Origin: Bacteroidales bacterium
GTDB taxonomy: Bacteria; Bacteroidota; Bacteroidia; Bacteroidales; UBA12077
Reading direction: 5' to 3'
NCBI GenBank assembly: GCA_028282585.1
Contig: JANQHR010000080.1
Coordinates: 1-64,000, forward strand
DNA length: 64,000 bases
In this document: positions 40,255 through 50,688 of the stretch, one piece after another
Layout of the letters: every line of letters starts with the position of its first letter
How positions within the stretch are numbered: the first letter of the stretch is position 1
Translations under genes and position numbers: made by a program
The notes under the pieces: generated by a model
What the model was told of the DNA's origin: nothing
What the model saw: only the letters and a program-made list of their open reading frames with translations
Database searches by the model: none

Positions 40255-41025
40255 ATGAGGAAACAATGGAAGTTAATATTAACAGCAATCATGTTTTATA
40301 CCAGGATTCCTGTTCCCAAAAATATTGGTTATTCTGATGAAATATTAAATCAGAGTACAAAATACTTTTCATTTGTTGGTTGGATTGTCGGTGGGTTTGG
40401 AGCTCTGATATTTTATCTTAGCATATTTATTTTTCCGTTGACAATTTCTATACTATTGAGTATGGTCACCACCATCATGCTTACAGGAGCATTTCATGAA
40501 GATGGTTTTGCCGACTCATGCGATGCATTTGGCGGAGGATGGACCAAGGAAAAGATTCTTGAAATTATGAAAGATTCAAGAATTGGTACGTATGGTACGG
40601 TAGGATTAATATTTATTCTTGTTACAAAATATTTTACCTTATTCAATGTTGATGCTGCACAAATCCCCTTTGTTTTGTTTGCGTCTCATGCCTTTAGCCG
40701 ATATACTGCAACAGGTATAATCTTCTTTTCTGAGTATGCCCGGGAAAATGCCTCAAGTAAATCAAAACCCGTTGGAAAAAAATTGAATTCCACAGAATAT
40801 CTGATATCATTTATTTTTGGTAGTGCTCCTCTCCTTCTGATATCTTATCAGTATTCATATTGGTACCTGTTAATATTTATTACCGCCATACCTGTTATTT
40901 TCTTTTTAAAAAGGTATTTCGAAAAATGGATTGGAGGCTATACAGGCGATGCATTAGGAGCTACCCAACAAATATCAGAAGTCGTTTTTTACCTTACTTT
41001 TATTATCATAACAAGATTCATCTAA
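40255..41025 (+). CDS. cobS: Adenosylcobinamide-GDP ribazoletransferase (cobalamin synthase)
   Basis: TGAFHEDGFADSCD, IMKDSRIGTYG, GGYTGDALGA. Confidence 0.95.
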   Translation: MRKQWKLILTAIMFYTRIPVPKNIGYSDEILNQSTKYFSFVGWIVGGFGALIFYLSIFIFPLTISILLSMVTTIMLTGAFHEDGFADSCDAFGGGWTKEKILEIMKDSRIGTYGTVGLIFILVTKYFTLFNVDAAQIPFVLFASHAFSRYTATGIIFFSEYARENASSKSKPVGKKLNSTEYLISFIFGSAPLLLISYQYSYWYLLIFITAIPVIFFLKRYFEKWIGGYTGDALGATQQISEVVFYLTFIIITRFI

Positions 41026-41552
41026 TGAAGCTTTATTTAATTAGACATACCAAAGTAGATGTAGAACACGGCATATGTTACGGGCAATCAGATGTTGGTA
41101 TAGCAGAATCTTTTAAGGAAGAAGCTAAAGTAATAAAAAAGCAAATATCAGATATTAAATTTGACAAAATATATTCGAGCCCTCTTTCTCGTTGCAAAAA
41201 GCTTTCTGAATACCTTTTTGGCTCCGGAATAAAATACGATGATCGATTAATGGAACTTAATTTTGGCGATTGGGAACTTCAAAAATGGAACAACCTTAGA
41301 AATCCAACCATTGATGAATGGATGAAAGATTTTGTAAATACTCCTTGCCCTAATGGAGAATCATTTATAGAAATGTACTACCGGGTAAAAGCATTTGTTA
41401 ATGAAACTAAAGCCCAAAGCATTGATAACATAGCAATTGTAACTCATGGAGGAGTTATCAGGTGCATTTTAGCATATCTTTTAAATGAAGATTTAAAAGA
41501 CGCCTTTAAGAGAGAAATAGGATATGGAGAGGTTGCTGAGTTAAATTTCTAG
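41025..41552 (+). CDS. cobC: Alpha-ribazole phosphatase
   Basis: ATG overlaps the cobS stop (TAATG); LIRHT, SSPLSRC, VTHGGVIR. Confidence 0.9.
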   Translation: MKLYLIRHTKVDVEHGICYGQSDVGIAESFKEEAKVIKKQISDIKFDKIYSSPLSRCKKLSEYLFGSGIKYDDRLMELNFGDWELQKWNNLRNPTIDEWMKDFVNTPCPNGESFIEMYYRVKAFVNETKAQSIDNIAIVTHGGVIRCILAYLLNEDLKDAFKREIGYGEVAELNF

Positions 41553-41626
41553 CAAACTACAACTATCTGTTTTTTAACATACTTTAAATTAATTTGAATC
41601 TTTTTTTATAATTTTTATCTAAAATT

Positions 41627-41651
41627 TGAACCAATTATTTTTTAGGTGTAC
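41627..41651 (+). promoter_or_regulatory. Putative ECF sigma promoter TGAACC-N13-GTGTAC (autoregulatory)
   Basis: TGAACC AATTATTTTTTAG GTGTAC; identical boxes and spacing at 45867-45891. Confidence 0.7.
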
Positions 41652-41663
41652 AGTTGTTAAAAA

Positions 41664-41864
41664 ATGATGAACCGATACCCAAAATACAAATTAAGCTCAT
41701 TCAATTCTAAATTAATTTTAGGGTCATTTATATTTATAACCTTTAGCTATATACTTATGTATATGGGTTCAAAAAACGGTTTTGAAATATTATCTTTAAC
41801 AATTTCTCCAATTATGCAGGTAATTGGTTATATAACAATTGTAGTTGCAATAATTAAAAACTAA
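41664..41864 (+). CDS. Small two-TM protein, DUF3098-like
   Basis: N..LI...I...YILM.G...LSLTISPI..IGY....AII pattern. Confidence 0.6.
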   Translation: MMNRYPKYKLSSFNSKLILGSFIFITFSYILMYMGSKNGFEILSLTISPIMQVIGYITIVVAIIKN

Positions 41865-41865
41865 C

Positions 41866-42456
41866 TTGAGTTTTAGTTTTATTAAACATAAAGGTAGCGA
41901 TGAAGAGTTGCTTATTTCCATTGGCAATGGGAATAATAATGCCTTCAATGAGTTATATTCCAGGTATAAGGATAGGTTGTTGTATTTCTTCTATAGAATG
42001 CTTTCCCAGGACAAGGAGTTAGCAAAGGATTTCTTACAAGAAATATTTATTAAAATCATTAATAAGACACATTTGTTTGACCCTAAAATGAAATTCTCAA
42101 CATGGATTTTCAGCATAGCAAATAATATGTGTAAAAATGAATATAGAAAGCAAAATGTCAGAAAGAATACAATAAATCATGAAAATCCTGATTTTATAGA
42201 TGATAGGCAAGATCAGCAAACAAACCATGAACCGGTTCTGAAATTAATTTTTAATCAACTGGAAAATTTTGATGATACTCATAAGTCGGCTTTCTTATTA
42301 AAATATAGAGAAGGCTTTAAAGTTGAAGAAATTAGCGAAATACTTGATTTACCTGTTGGTACAGTTAAATCACGATTATTTTATACAAGAAAAAAAATAC
42401 AGGAAAACATAAAAAATCAACACCCTGAATTAATTGAACAATATAATTTATATTAA
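41866..42456 (+). CDS. ECF RNA polymerase sigma factor
   Basis: AFNELYSRY, DFLQEIF, FSTWIFSIANN, GTVKSRLFY; TTG start. Confidence 0.93.
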   Translation: MSFSFIKHKGSDEELLISIGNGNNNAFNELYSRYKDRLLYFFYRMLSQDKELAKDFLQEIFIKIINKTHLFDPKMKFSTWIFSIANNMCKNEYRKQNVRKNTINHENPDFIDDRQDQQTNHEPVLKLIFNQLENFDDTHKSAFLLKYREGFKVEEISEILDLPVGTVKSRLFYTRKKIQENIKNQHPELIEQYNLY

Positions 42457-42458
42457 CT

Positions 42459-42809
42459 ATGGATACCTTTGATGACTTTTTAACACAAAAACTAAAAAAT
42501 GACAAGACTGGTATTGATATTGATAATTCTTCATTCAAACACCTTCATTATATAGTAAACCTGAATGCTACAAAATCTAGTGTAAAAAGAAACTCAATGT
42601 TTAGTTTTATTTCTGATTTTTTAAGCCCAAGGTTCATTATTGCTAAAGTTGCAATTGTAAGCATATTGTTGGTTCTTTTTATTGAAAATAAAGAAAACAG
42701 GCAGCATGATAGTTTTATTTACCATGCTGACTCTACAGTTACTCATAAAAATTCGTTTGATTCAATATCAGGTTACAGTAGCCCAATCAGCGATACATTA
42801 TACCGTTAA
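42459..42809 (+). CDS. Putative single-TM anti-sigma factor
   Basis: Directly follows the ECF gene; DDFLTQKL N-terminus and one TM helix. Confidence 0.6.
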   Translation: MDTFDDFLTQKLKNDKTGIDIDNSSFKHLHYIVNLNATKSSVKRNSMFSFISDFLSPRFIIAKVAIVSILLVLFIENKENRQHDSFIYHADSTVTHKNSFDSISGYSSPISDTLYR

Positions 42810-45800
42810 TTTAATACCTTATAAAAATATCCATAGTAAGTATTTAAATCATTTAAAACACTATTTCCATTATCGCTGATTACATATTTAATACTTTCAA
42901 GTTGTTGCAATAAATAAAGATTCATTCTAATATTATTAGCCAATCCCGGTAATAAATTTTCATCAAACCTTTTGTAATAATCCAATTCATTTTTAACATC
43001 ATTTCTAAAATCATTAAATAGTTGAATTGCTTTACTTTCTTGGCCCGCTAAAAAATATGATTCAATAATTGTTACAAAACTAAACCTGTAAGGCACTTTT
43101 TCTTTTGGGAACAACTCTAAACATTTATTTAGCAACTTAACAGCTCTTTCGTTCTCGCCCTCTTTTATAAGGTTTCGAGCAACATTATTAAACTGTTCTC
43201 TAATTTGCATGGTTGATACAATTCTCACATTTGTCCAATCCAACATAACATTATCATTATTAACTCCTCCCCAATTAAATTCATTCATAAACTTATTATA
43301 CTGATAACCTGAATTTGATAATATAGTTGTGCTTATTAAGCTGTCTTTACTAAATGGCATTAAACGATAAGCAAATCCTTCCCTATATAAATACTTTTCT
43401 AATCCGGTTCCTGATAATTTTGCTGGATTCAAAAAATATACCGGGCGTTTCCAATCATTATTTAAAATAATATCTAAAACTAAAAGTTCTGTTCTAAATA
43501 AATGGTTGTCATTTAATTGAAAATAAATATTATCGGGTATCTCATCAACGTCATATTTAAAGCTCGTACACGATTTTATGAAATTTTCCTTATTTACAGA
43601 AATAGTAAATTTTCTTGCAGGAATATAATCCAACATACTTGCTTCATGTGCGGTTAATTTAGTTTTCGGGTTATCACTACGAATAAAATCAACTAGCTCT
43701 TTAAAACCCACATAATCTTTCACTCTTTCATATACAGGTAAATACATTCTTTTACTTCCATGAAAATCTTTATCTTCAAATGAAATTGGAATTGCCCCCA
43801 TGCCAGGATAATCATTTTCTAACTGGCTTATATACCAATCAACAGGAAGAAACTCAATAAGAACTGCCCTTATATCCCTTCTGTATTTTTCTACTTCTTG
43901 CGCATACCATAGAGGGTACGTGTCATTATCTGCTGATGTAAACAAGATTGCATTTTTCTCGCAAGAATTTAAAATATTAAAAGAAAAATCCCGTGCAGTA
44001 TACCTGTCAGACCTGTCATTACCATCCCAGTTTTCACTAATTAAATTTATAGGCAATAGAAAGAACAATAGTATTAGAAAAGATATGTTCAGATACTTAC
44101 TTTTTCTTTTTAATATATGAATTAACGCAATAACAGACAATCCTATCCATATTGAAAAAGCATAAAACGAACCAACAAAAACATAATCTCGTTCACGTGG
44201 TGTTATTGGAACCTCATTTAAGTATATTACTATAGCAATTCCCGTTAAAAAGAATAATAAAAATGTTATTATGAAATTTCTCTGGTCTTTTTTATAATGA
44301 AATACCATACCAATCAAACCAAATAATAGCGGCAGCATAAAATATTTATTCCTTGCAGGATTATTTTCATATTTATCGGGCAGATTATCCTGAGGGCCTA
44401 ACCTTAGTTCATCCAAAGGTTTTATACCTGAAATCCAGTTTCCATGCATAATTTCTCCAAAACTTTGAATGTTATTTTGCCTGCCTGAAAAATTCCACAT
44501 GAAATACCTGAAATACATATGGCCAAGTTGATATTTAATAAAAAAAGCCATGTTATCGCGAAATGTTGGAGTTATAATAATTTCTTCATTTCCATTTCTT
44601 CCTGCCTTGATTTTCTTTCCCTTTATTTTTATCCATCGTTCATATTCTGGTGCGTGTTCATCAACTAAACTAGCCATTCTTGGAAATAAAGTGAGTGTTC
44701 TTTCGTCAAAAACATAATCCGGATTTAATTCTTTTTTAATATATCTTCCGTTAAAAGGTTTGTAGCTACCTCGACCAACAGATTTCAGAATCGGTGAGTT
44801 ATAATTATTTCCATAAATTAAAGGGCGCTTACCATATTGCTCGCGGTTTAAATAATCAACAAGCCCAAAAATGTTTTCCACATTATTAATATCAACATAA
44901 GGATTTGAAATGGAACGAATAACTAATGTTGTGTAAGATGAGTAACCAATCAAAAAAACAGTAACGGATAAAACAATTGTTCTTAATATGTTCTTATTAT
45001 ATTTTGCAGAATACCAAAGCAAATACGTTATAGTTGAAATAATTATTATAATATAAAAAATCACCCCGGTATAAAAAGGCAGTTTAAAAACATTAACAAA
45101 AAGTAAATCAGTATAAGCAGCAGTTTGAACGATTCCTGGAATTAATACAAACATCAGAAAAAAGAGAATAAGAAAAGAAAATAACAATGCTTTAATGGTA
45201 TCTTTATTATTAACATTATAACGTTTAAAATAATAAAGTAACACGATTGGAGGAATTGCAAGAAGGTTCAATAAATGAACCCCAATTGACAAGCCCATTA
45301 AAAAGAAAATTAATAATATCCATTTGTCACTATTGGGGTTGCCGACTTGTGATTCCCACTTAAGCATTAACCAAAAAACCAATGCGGTAAAAAAAGAAGA
45401 TGTTGCATACACTTCCCCTTCAACGGCCGAAAACCAAAATGTGTCGGTAAAGGCGAAACTTAAAGAACCAATAAATGCTGCAGTTAATACATAAACTGAA
45501 TAAGTTAACGAATCATTTTTAAAATTACCTACTAGTTTCCTACCAAACCATTCAATTGTCCAAAACAAAAACATAATGGTAAATGCACTTGCTATTGCCG
45601 ATAATAAATTAATCATATATGCCACCTTCGAAACATCATTACCGGCAAATAAACTAACGATACGGCCAATTATCATAAATACCGGTGCTCCCGGGGCATG
45701 CCCAACCTGTAGCTTATTAGCACAGGTAATAAACTCACTACAGTCCCAATAGCTTATCGTTGGTTCTAAGGTTAAAATATATACTGCTAAGGCGATTAGA

Positions 45801-45841
45801 AATGTGGACCATCCTAGTATAATTGATAACTTCTTTTCCAT
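42806..45841 (-). CDS. DUF2723 / TMEM260-like GT-C glycosyltransferase
   Basis: WDCSEFI, VGHAPGAP, FWFSAVEGEVY, PRERDY, DNDTYPLWY. Confidence 0.9.
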   Translation of the reverse strand: MEKKLSIILGWSTFLIALAVYILTLEPTISYWDCSEFITCANKLQVGHAPGAPVFMIIGRIVSLFAGNDVSKVAYMINLLSAIASAFTIMFLFWTIEWFGRKLVGNFKNDSLTYSVYVLTAAFIGSLSFAFTDTFWFSAVEGEVYATSSFFTALVFWLMLKWESQVGNPNSDKWILLIFFLMGLSIGVHLLNLLAIPPIVLLYYFKRYNVNNKDTIKALLFSFLILFFLMFVLIPGIVQTAAYTDLLFVNVFKLPFYTGVIFYIIIIISTITYLLWYSAKYNKNILRTIVLSVTVFLIGYSSYTTLVIRSISNPYVDINNVENIFGLVDYLNREQYGKRPLIYGNNYNSPILKSVGRGSYKPFNGRYIKKELNPDYVFDERTLTLFPRMASLVDEHAPEYERWIKIKGKKIKAGRNGNEEIIITPTFRDNMAFFIKYQLGHMYFRYFMWNFSGRQNNIQSFGEIMHGNWISGIKPLDELRLGPQDNLPDKYENNPARNKYFMLPLLFGLIGMVFHYKKDQRNFIITFLLFFLTGIAIVIYLNEVPITPRERDYVFVGSFYAFSIWIGLSVIALIHILKRKSKYLNISFLILLFFLLPINLISENWDGNDRSDRYTARDFSFNILNSCEKNAILFTSADNDTYPLWYAQEVEKYRRDIRAVLIEFLPVDWYISQLENDYPGMGAIPISFEDKDFHGSKRMYLPVYERVKDYVGFKELVDFIRSDNPKTKLTAHEASMLDYIPARKFTISVNKENFIKSCTSFKYDVDEIPDNIYFQLNDNHLFRTELLVLDIILNNDWKRPVYFLNPAKLSGTGLEKYLYREGFAYRLMPFSKDSLISTTILSNSGYQYNKFMNEFNWGGVNNDNVMLDWTNVRIVSTMQIREQFNNVARNLIKEGENERAVKLLNKCLELFPKEKVPYRFSFVTIIESYFLAGQESKAIQLFNDFRNDVKNELDYYKRFDENLLPGLANNIRMNLYLLQQLESIKYVISDNGNSVLNDLNTYYGYFYKVLN

Positions 45842-45866
45842 AATTTTATACTTTTTTAATTTAATG

Positions 45867-45891
45867 GTACACTCAAAAAAAATAAGGTTCA
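45867..45891 (-). promoter_or_regulatory. Putative ECF sigma promoter TGAACC-N13-GTGTAC for the DUF2723 gene
   Basis: Minus strand TGAACC TTATTTTTTTTGA GTGTAC, 25 nt upstream of the ATG and downstream of the dcp terminator. Confidence 0.7.
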
Positions 45892-45901
45892 GTTTGAAAA
45901 T

Positions 45902-45929
45902 AAAAAAAGCGCAACCAATTGGCTGCGCT
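45902..45929 (-). terminator. Terminator after dcp
   Basis: AGCGCAGCC-AATT-GGTTGCGCT-TTTTTT on the minus strand. Confidence 0.8.
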
Positions 45930-45950
45930 AATGTTTTATAATACTAACCT

Positions 45951-48062
45951 CTATTTTAATCCTCTATTTTCTAATAAAGCATCAATAGTAGGTTCCTGAC
46001 CTCGGAATTTTAAATATTGAACCATTCCATCGCCCATGCCATTTTCTGCCAGACAATGTTTTCTGAATTTAGCAGCTAGTTCCTGGTTAAATAAATCACC
46101 ACTTTCTTTAAATGCGTTAAATGCATCGGAATCTAACTGTTCTGCCCACATATAAACATAATACCCTGCTGAATAACTACTTCCGCCAAAAATATGAGAG
46201 AAATAAGTGCTTTTATATCTAGGAATAATTTCGTCAATTAAACCAATTTTATTCATTGCTTCTTCTTCGAATTTATTCACATCAATATTTTCGGTTTCCT
46301 GTGTTGTATGATAATCCAGATCAAGTAACGAAGCTGCAACATACTCCACTGTTGCAAATCCCTGATTAAAATGACCGCTATTCTCAATCTTTTTGATTAA
46401 CTCATCCGGCATTGCTTCTCCCGTTTCATAATGTTTCGCATATTCTTTAATAATTGAAGGTGCAGCCGCCCAGTGTTCCATAATTTGCGAAGGTAACTCA
46501 ACATAATCTCTAGGAACATCACGCGAAGTTCTTCTGTAATGACCATCTGCAAAGAAATTGTGTAATGCATGACCAAATTCGTGGAAATAAGTTAAGGTTT
46601 CATCCCAACTCAATAAAGCAGGTTTATCACCTGTTGGTCGAGTAAAATTACATACAATATAAACTACAGGAGTAATCTTCTTTCCGTCTTCATAAGCTCC
46701 ACTTCTCATAGCACCACACCAAGCACCACCTCTTTTACCCGGACGTGGGTGGTTATCAATATAAAGAATTGCCAAATGGTCACCATTAGCTTCTTTTACT
46801 TCAAATGTTTGAACCTCTTCATGATAAACCGGAATATCAGTTCTTTCTTCGAAAGTTAAACCATACAACTGGTTAGAAACATAAAAAATTCCTTCACGAA
46901 CATTATCCATAGATAAGTAAGGTTTAATTTCTTCTTCATCCAAATCAAATTTTTGTTTACGCAATTTTTCGGCATAATACCACCAATCCCAAGATTCCAG
47001 ATCAAAGTTCCCTCCTTCAGTATCAATGATTTTTTGCATTTCATCGCGCTCCTGCTTAGCAACTTTTAAAGCTGGTTTCCAAACTTGATGTAAGAAATTA
47101 TAAACGTTTTCAGGAGTTTTAGCCATATTGTTATCAATAACATATTCAGCATAATTATTGAATCCTAATAGCTCAGCTCTCCGGTCACGTAGTTTTACTA
47201 ATTTGGCAATATTAGCTTTGTTATCTTTATTATTATCATTATTACCTCTTTGATACATGGCTTTATATAACTTTTCTCTTAAATCGCGCTTTGGCGAATA
47301 AGTCAAAAATGGGATCCAGCTTGGTTTTTGAAGTGTAAATACCCATTTACCTTCCATTCCGTTTTGTTGTGCAGCTTCGACTGCAGCAGAAATAACACCT
47401 GCAGGTAATCCAACAAGATCCTCTTCATTATCAATAACTAATTTAAAATCATTGGTTTCGGCCAATAGGTTTTGTCCAAACTCTAAAGTAAGCATTGAAA
47501 TTTCCTGGTTTATACCTTTTAATTCCTCTCGTTGCTCTTCCGGAAGTGCAGCCCCATTTCTTTCGAAATCTCTATAATACTTTTCAACTACTCTCATTTG
47601 CTCCTGGTCTAACCCGAATGTTTCCCTCTTGTCATAAACAGCCTTAATTCTTTGGAAAAGATCCTGATTTAATCCAATCTCATTTCTATAAGCTGACATG
47701 ATCGGACTCAACTCACGCGCTATTTTTTGTAAGGTTGGGGTTGTATTTGCACTATTTAGTGCATAAAAAACATATGCTCTTCTTAGTATATCTTCTCCCT
47801 GATCAAATGGAACAATTGTGTTTTCAAAAGTAGGTTCTTCAGTATTTGATATTATAACCTTAATTTTTGCTTTTGATGCTTCAATACCAGCTTCGAATGC
47901 AGGAATAAAATGAGATGTGTCAATTAAATCGAATGGTGGAACCTGAAATGGTGTATCGAATTCCGATAATAATGGATTTTCGTTTGATTTCATTTCATTT
48001 TTGTTAGTGCAACTATAAAAAAGCATAGTTGCGAGAATAAAAAGTAATGTAAGTTTTTTCAT
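45951..48062 (-). CDS. dcp: M3-family peptidyl-dipeptidase Dcp (lipoprotein)
   Basis: NPLL, FHEFGHALH (HExxH), VELPSQIMEHW, YSAGYY. Confidence 0.92.
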   Translation of the reverse strand: MKKLTLLFILATMLFYSCTNKNEMKSNENPLLSEFDTPFQVPPFDLIDTSHFIPAFEAGIEASKAKIKVIISNTEEPTFENTIVPFDQGEDILRRAYVFYALNSANTTPTLQKIARELSPIMSAYRNEIGLNQDLFQRIKAVYDKRETFGLDQEQMRVVEKYYRDFERNGAALPEEQREELKGINQEISMLTLEFGQNLLAETNDFKLVIDNEEDLVGLPAGVISAAVEAAQQNGMEGKWVFTLQKPSWIPFLTYSPKRDLREKLYKAMYQRGNNDNNKDNKANIAKLVKLRDRRAELLGFNNYAEYVIDNNMAKTPENVYNFLHQVWKPALKVAKQERDEMQKIIDTEGGNFDLESWDWWYYAEKLRKQKFDLDEEEIKPYLSMDNVREGIFYVSNQLYGLTFEERTDIPVYHEEVQTFEVKEANGDHLAILYIDNHPRPGKRGGAWCGAMRSGAYEDGKKITPVVYIVCNFTRPTGDKPALLSWDETLTYFHEFGHALHNFFADGHYRRTSRDVPRDYVELPSQIMEHWAAAPSIIKEYAKHYETGEAMPDELIKKIENSGHFNQGFATVEYVAASLLDLDYHTTQETENIDVNKFEEEAMNKIGLIDEIIPRYKSTYFSHIFGGSSYSAGYYVYMWAEQLDSDAFNAFKESGDLFNQELAAKFRKHCLAENGMGDGMVQYLKFRGQEPTIDALLENRGLK

Positions 48063-48191
48063 GGTTTATTTAATTAATAGTAAGAAAAATAAGCTTAAAG
48101 ATAACAAATCAAAATTAAGTATGAAATTCTCCTTGATTTACATAATGGTTTTTAGATGAAAATAAGATAAAATGGTTTAAATAAAGGGTAT

Positions 48192-48282
48192 AAAAAAACA
48201 TCCCGGCCCCCCGGGATGCTAACACTCTAATTTATTAACCTTGCTATTATGATGAAGTGGAATAATAGCCTTATTCATACAT
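48192..48282 (-). ncRNA. Candidate stand-alone small RNA (~90 nt)
   Basis: -7 promoter TATATTTG (48292-48285), GCTATTAT/ATAATAGC hairpin, strong CATCCCGG/CCGGGATG terminator plus T7; no ORF. Confidence 0.6.
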
Positions 48283-48400
48283 TGCAAATATACAACATAT
48301 TTTGCAATTCAAAGTTTAAAACGCAAAAAAATAAAAATTGTTGCTTCTTTTCTAAAAAACTTGAAAAAAAGTTACATTTTACCTCCCTCAATGACAAAAA

Positions 48401-48856
48401 TCAATAACCTATTACCCAAAGTACCTTTTGTTCTTCAAGGCATTTATCAGTAATCTCAATTAATCCTTTATTAACTTCTATTAATTGATCAAGATAGTGC
48501 TTCCACTTCTCTTTCCAGTTTTGATCTTCAAGGGTAAGTTCATCAATAAACCCCTGTCCCAGAAAAACCTGATCCATATGTTGATTGAAATCATCCAGGC
48601 TTTTAATATTCTGTAATGACTCTAACTTATCGGATAACTCATTACGAAGTGGAACAATATTTCTTACATTATATTTCGTAGCTCCAAAAAATTCGTATAA
48701 TTTATTCGCGTTTTCAAAACATTTAGTAAACAAGTTAAACACTTCACTTTCAACATATCTAGACTCTGAATCGCCTTTTATATAGTTTTCATTATCGCCT
48801 GTTGTGTTTAACTCAACAATATTTAAATATTCTGAACTAAATAATTCAATTCTCAT
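48401..48856 (-). CDS. Hypothetical protein
   Basis: 151-aa ORF with ATG start. Confidence 0.7.
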   Translation of the reverse strand: MRIELFSSEYLNIVELNTTGDNENYIKGDSESRYVESEVFNLFTKCFENANKLYEFFGATKYNVRNIVPLRNELSDKLESLQNIKSLDDFNQHMDQVFLGQGFIDELTLEDQNWKEKWKHYLDQLIEVNKGLIEITDKCLEEQKVLWVIGY

Positions 48857-48988
48857 GACAAATATCTATATGTTACATGTTATACGTTTTTAAATTTATT
48901 AATAATAACGGATATCAACAAAATTAATTTTAAACAAATGTTAAACATTAAGTTTTCATCTTACTATCTTTATCCAAAATTTAATGAA

Positions 48989-49666
48989 ATGACAGGAACG
49001 ATTATAAATGCAGTTGCAATAATTATTGGAAGTGTAATCGGGTTATCTTTAAACGCTAAACTTCCTGAAAGATTTATTAAAATAGTTTTTCAAGGAATTG
49101 GATTGTTTACAATATCTATTGGTGTTTATATGTCGGTTAAAACCAATAATTTATTTTTAATGATTATTAGTATTGTTACAGGTGGTATTATAGGAGAAGG
49201 AATAAATATTGAAAAATACATTGACAAATTTGGCGAAACGGTTAAAAATAAGTTTAAGTCTAACAACTCCAAATTTTCTGAAGGATTAACAACTGCTTTT
49301 TTGTTATTTTGTATGGGCTCCGTATCAATTCTTGGCGCTATTGAAGAAGGTTTAGGCAATGAACCAAATCTATTGTTGGCAAAAGCTGTTATGGATGGAG
49401 TCTCTTCAATTGCCTTGGCTGCAGCATTTGGTTTAGGAGTAACTTTCTCTGTTGTACCTTTGATAATATATCAGGGTGGATTAACTTTATTAGCAGCCAG
49501 TTTTGGAAATTACTTTTCAGAAACAATAATTACAGAATTAACTGCAGTTGGAGGCCTAATGTTAATAGGTTTAGGAATTAACGTTTTAGGCATTAAACAG
49601 TTAAAAATATTAAATATGATACCAGCTTTAATTGTAATTGTTGTATTGGTTTATTTCTTTGGTTAA
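48989..49666 (+). CDS. DUF554 (YdfK/YqgA) membrane protein
   Basis: MTGTIINAVAII, LLFCMGSVSILG, GGLMLIGLGIN. Confidence 0.9.
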   Translation: MTGTIINAVAIIIGSVIGLSLNAKLPERFIKIVFQGIGLFTISIGVYMSVKTNNLFLMIISIVTGGIIGEGINIEKYIDKFGETVKNKFKSNNSKFSEGLTTAFLLFCMGSVSILGAIEEGLGNEPNLLLAKAVMDGVSSIALAAAFGLGVTFSVVPLIIYQGGLTLLAASFGNYFSETIITELTAVGGLMLIGLGINVLGIKQLKILNMIPALIVIVVLVYFFG

Positions 49667-50688
49667 TGATTCATAGTGAAAATATAGAACCCAAGTTACG
49701 TAAACTGTTCGAGAAATGGTCAGGTGTAAAACCTTTTAGCATTAATAGGCTCCCGCATTCAGGATCAAATCGTATATATTATAGATTAAAATATAGTGAT
49801 CAATCAGCAATTGGAGTTTTTAATGTAAATAAGAAAGAAAATACTGCTTTTCTTGATTTTACACAACAATTTTTAAATTGTAGATTAAATGTTCCGGATA
49901 TTTACGCTTTGGATTTAGATGACAATATTTATTTAATTGAAGATTTTGAAGATAATCAGCTTCTATCATGGATTTTATCAAAAAAAGTAAACAATAAATT
50001 TACTATAGAAATTATTGAAATATATAAGAAAGTAATTCGTGAATTAATAAGGTTCCAAATCATTGCAGGTCTCCATTTTAATTATTCAAAATGTCATCAA
50101 CATCCGGAATTTAATGATGAATCAATATTATTTGATTTAAACTATTTTGCAACCAATTACGTTGAGGCTTTAAGTTTGAATTACGATAAAAATAAGCTAA
50201 ATAAAGAGTTTGATATATTTTCTAAATACTTACTTAAAGCAGATAATTGTTTTTTTATGTATCGTGATTTTCAGGCTCGAAATATCCTTTTAGTAAACAA
50301 AGAACCTTACTTTATTGATTACCAAGGAGGAAGAAGAGGCCCATTGCAGTATGACCTTGCTTCGCTACTTTTTCAGGCTAAGGCACAAATCCCCGAAGAT
50401 ATAAAAGATCAGCTTTTAAAGTATTATATAGATCTGGCCAAATTATTTGTACCTGTTTGTAATGATGAATTTACGGAATTTTATTTTGCTTTTGCATTAA
50501 TCAGGGTATTACAGACTCTTGGTGCTTATGGTTTACGCGGATTAATAGAAAAGAAAACGCATTTTATTGAAAGTATTCCATTAGCCAAAAAGAATCTGGT
50601 CTATTTAAAAGATAAAACGGGTATTTTAAATCAAATGCCCGAATTAAAGCAACTTATAAATCAAATAGTAAATACGAATGAAAAATAA
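49666..50688 (+). CDS. amgK: APH-family phosphotransferase, AmgK-like MurNAc/GlcNAc kinase
   Basis: [31 protein letters not shown]; upstream of a MurU-like gene. Confidence 0.75.
   Translation: MIHSENIEPKLRKLFEKWSGVKPFSINRLPHSGSNRIYYRLKYSDQSAIGVFNVNKKENTAFLDFTQQFLNCRLNVPDIYALDLDDNIYLIEDFEDNQLLSWILSKKVNNKFTIEIIEIYKKVIRELIRFQIIAGLHFNYSKCHQHPEFNDESILFDLNYFATNYVEALSLNYDKNKLNKEFDIFSKYLLKADNCFFMYRDFQARNILLVNKEPYFIDYQGGRRGPLQYDLASLLFQAKAQIPEDIKDQLLKYYIDLAKLFVPVCNDEFTEFYFAFALIRVLQTLGAYGLRGLIEKKTHFIESIPLAKKNLVYLKDKTGILNQMPELKQLINQIVNTNEK

Noticed and set aside
40860-41024. N-terminal extensions of cobC (and likewise DUF4269 from 54675)
   Set aside because: They overlap the upstream genes; the true starts are TAATG-coupled at 41025 and 54873
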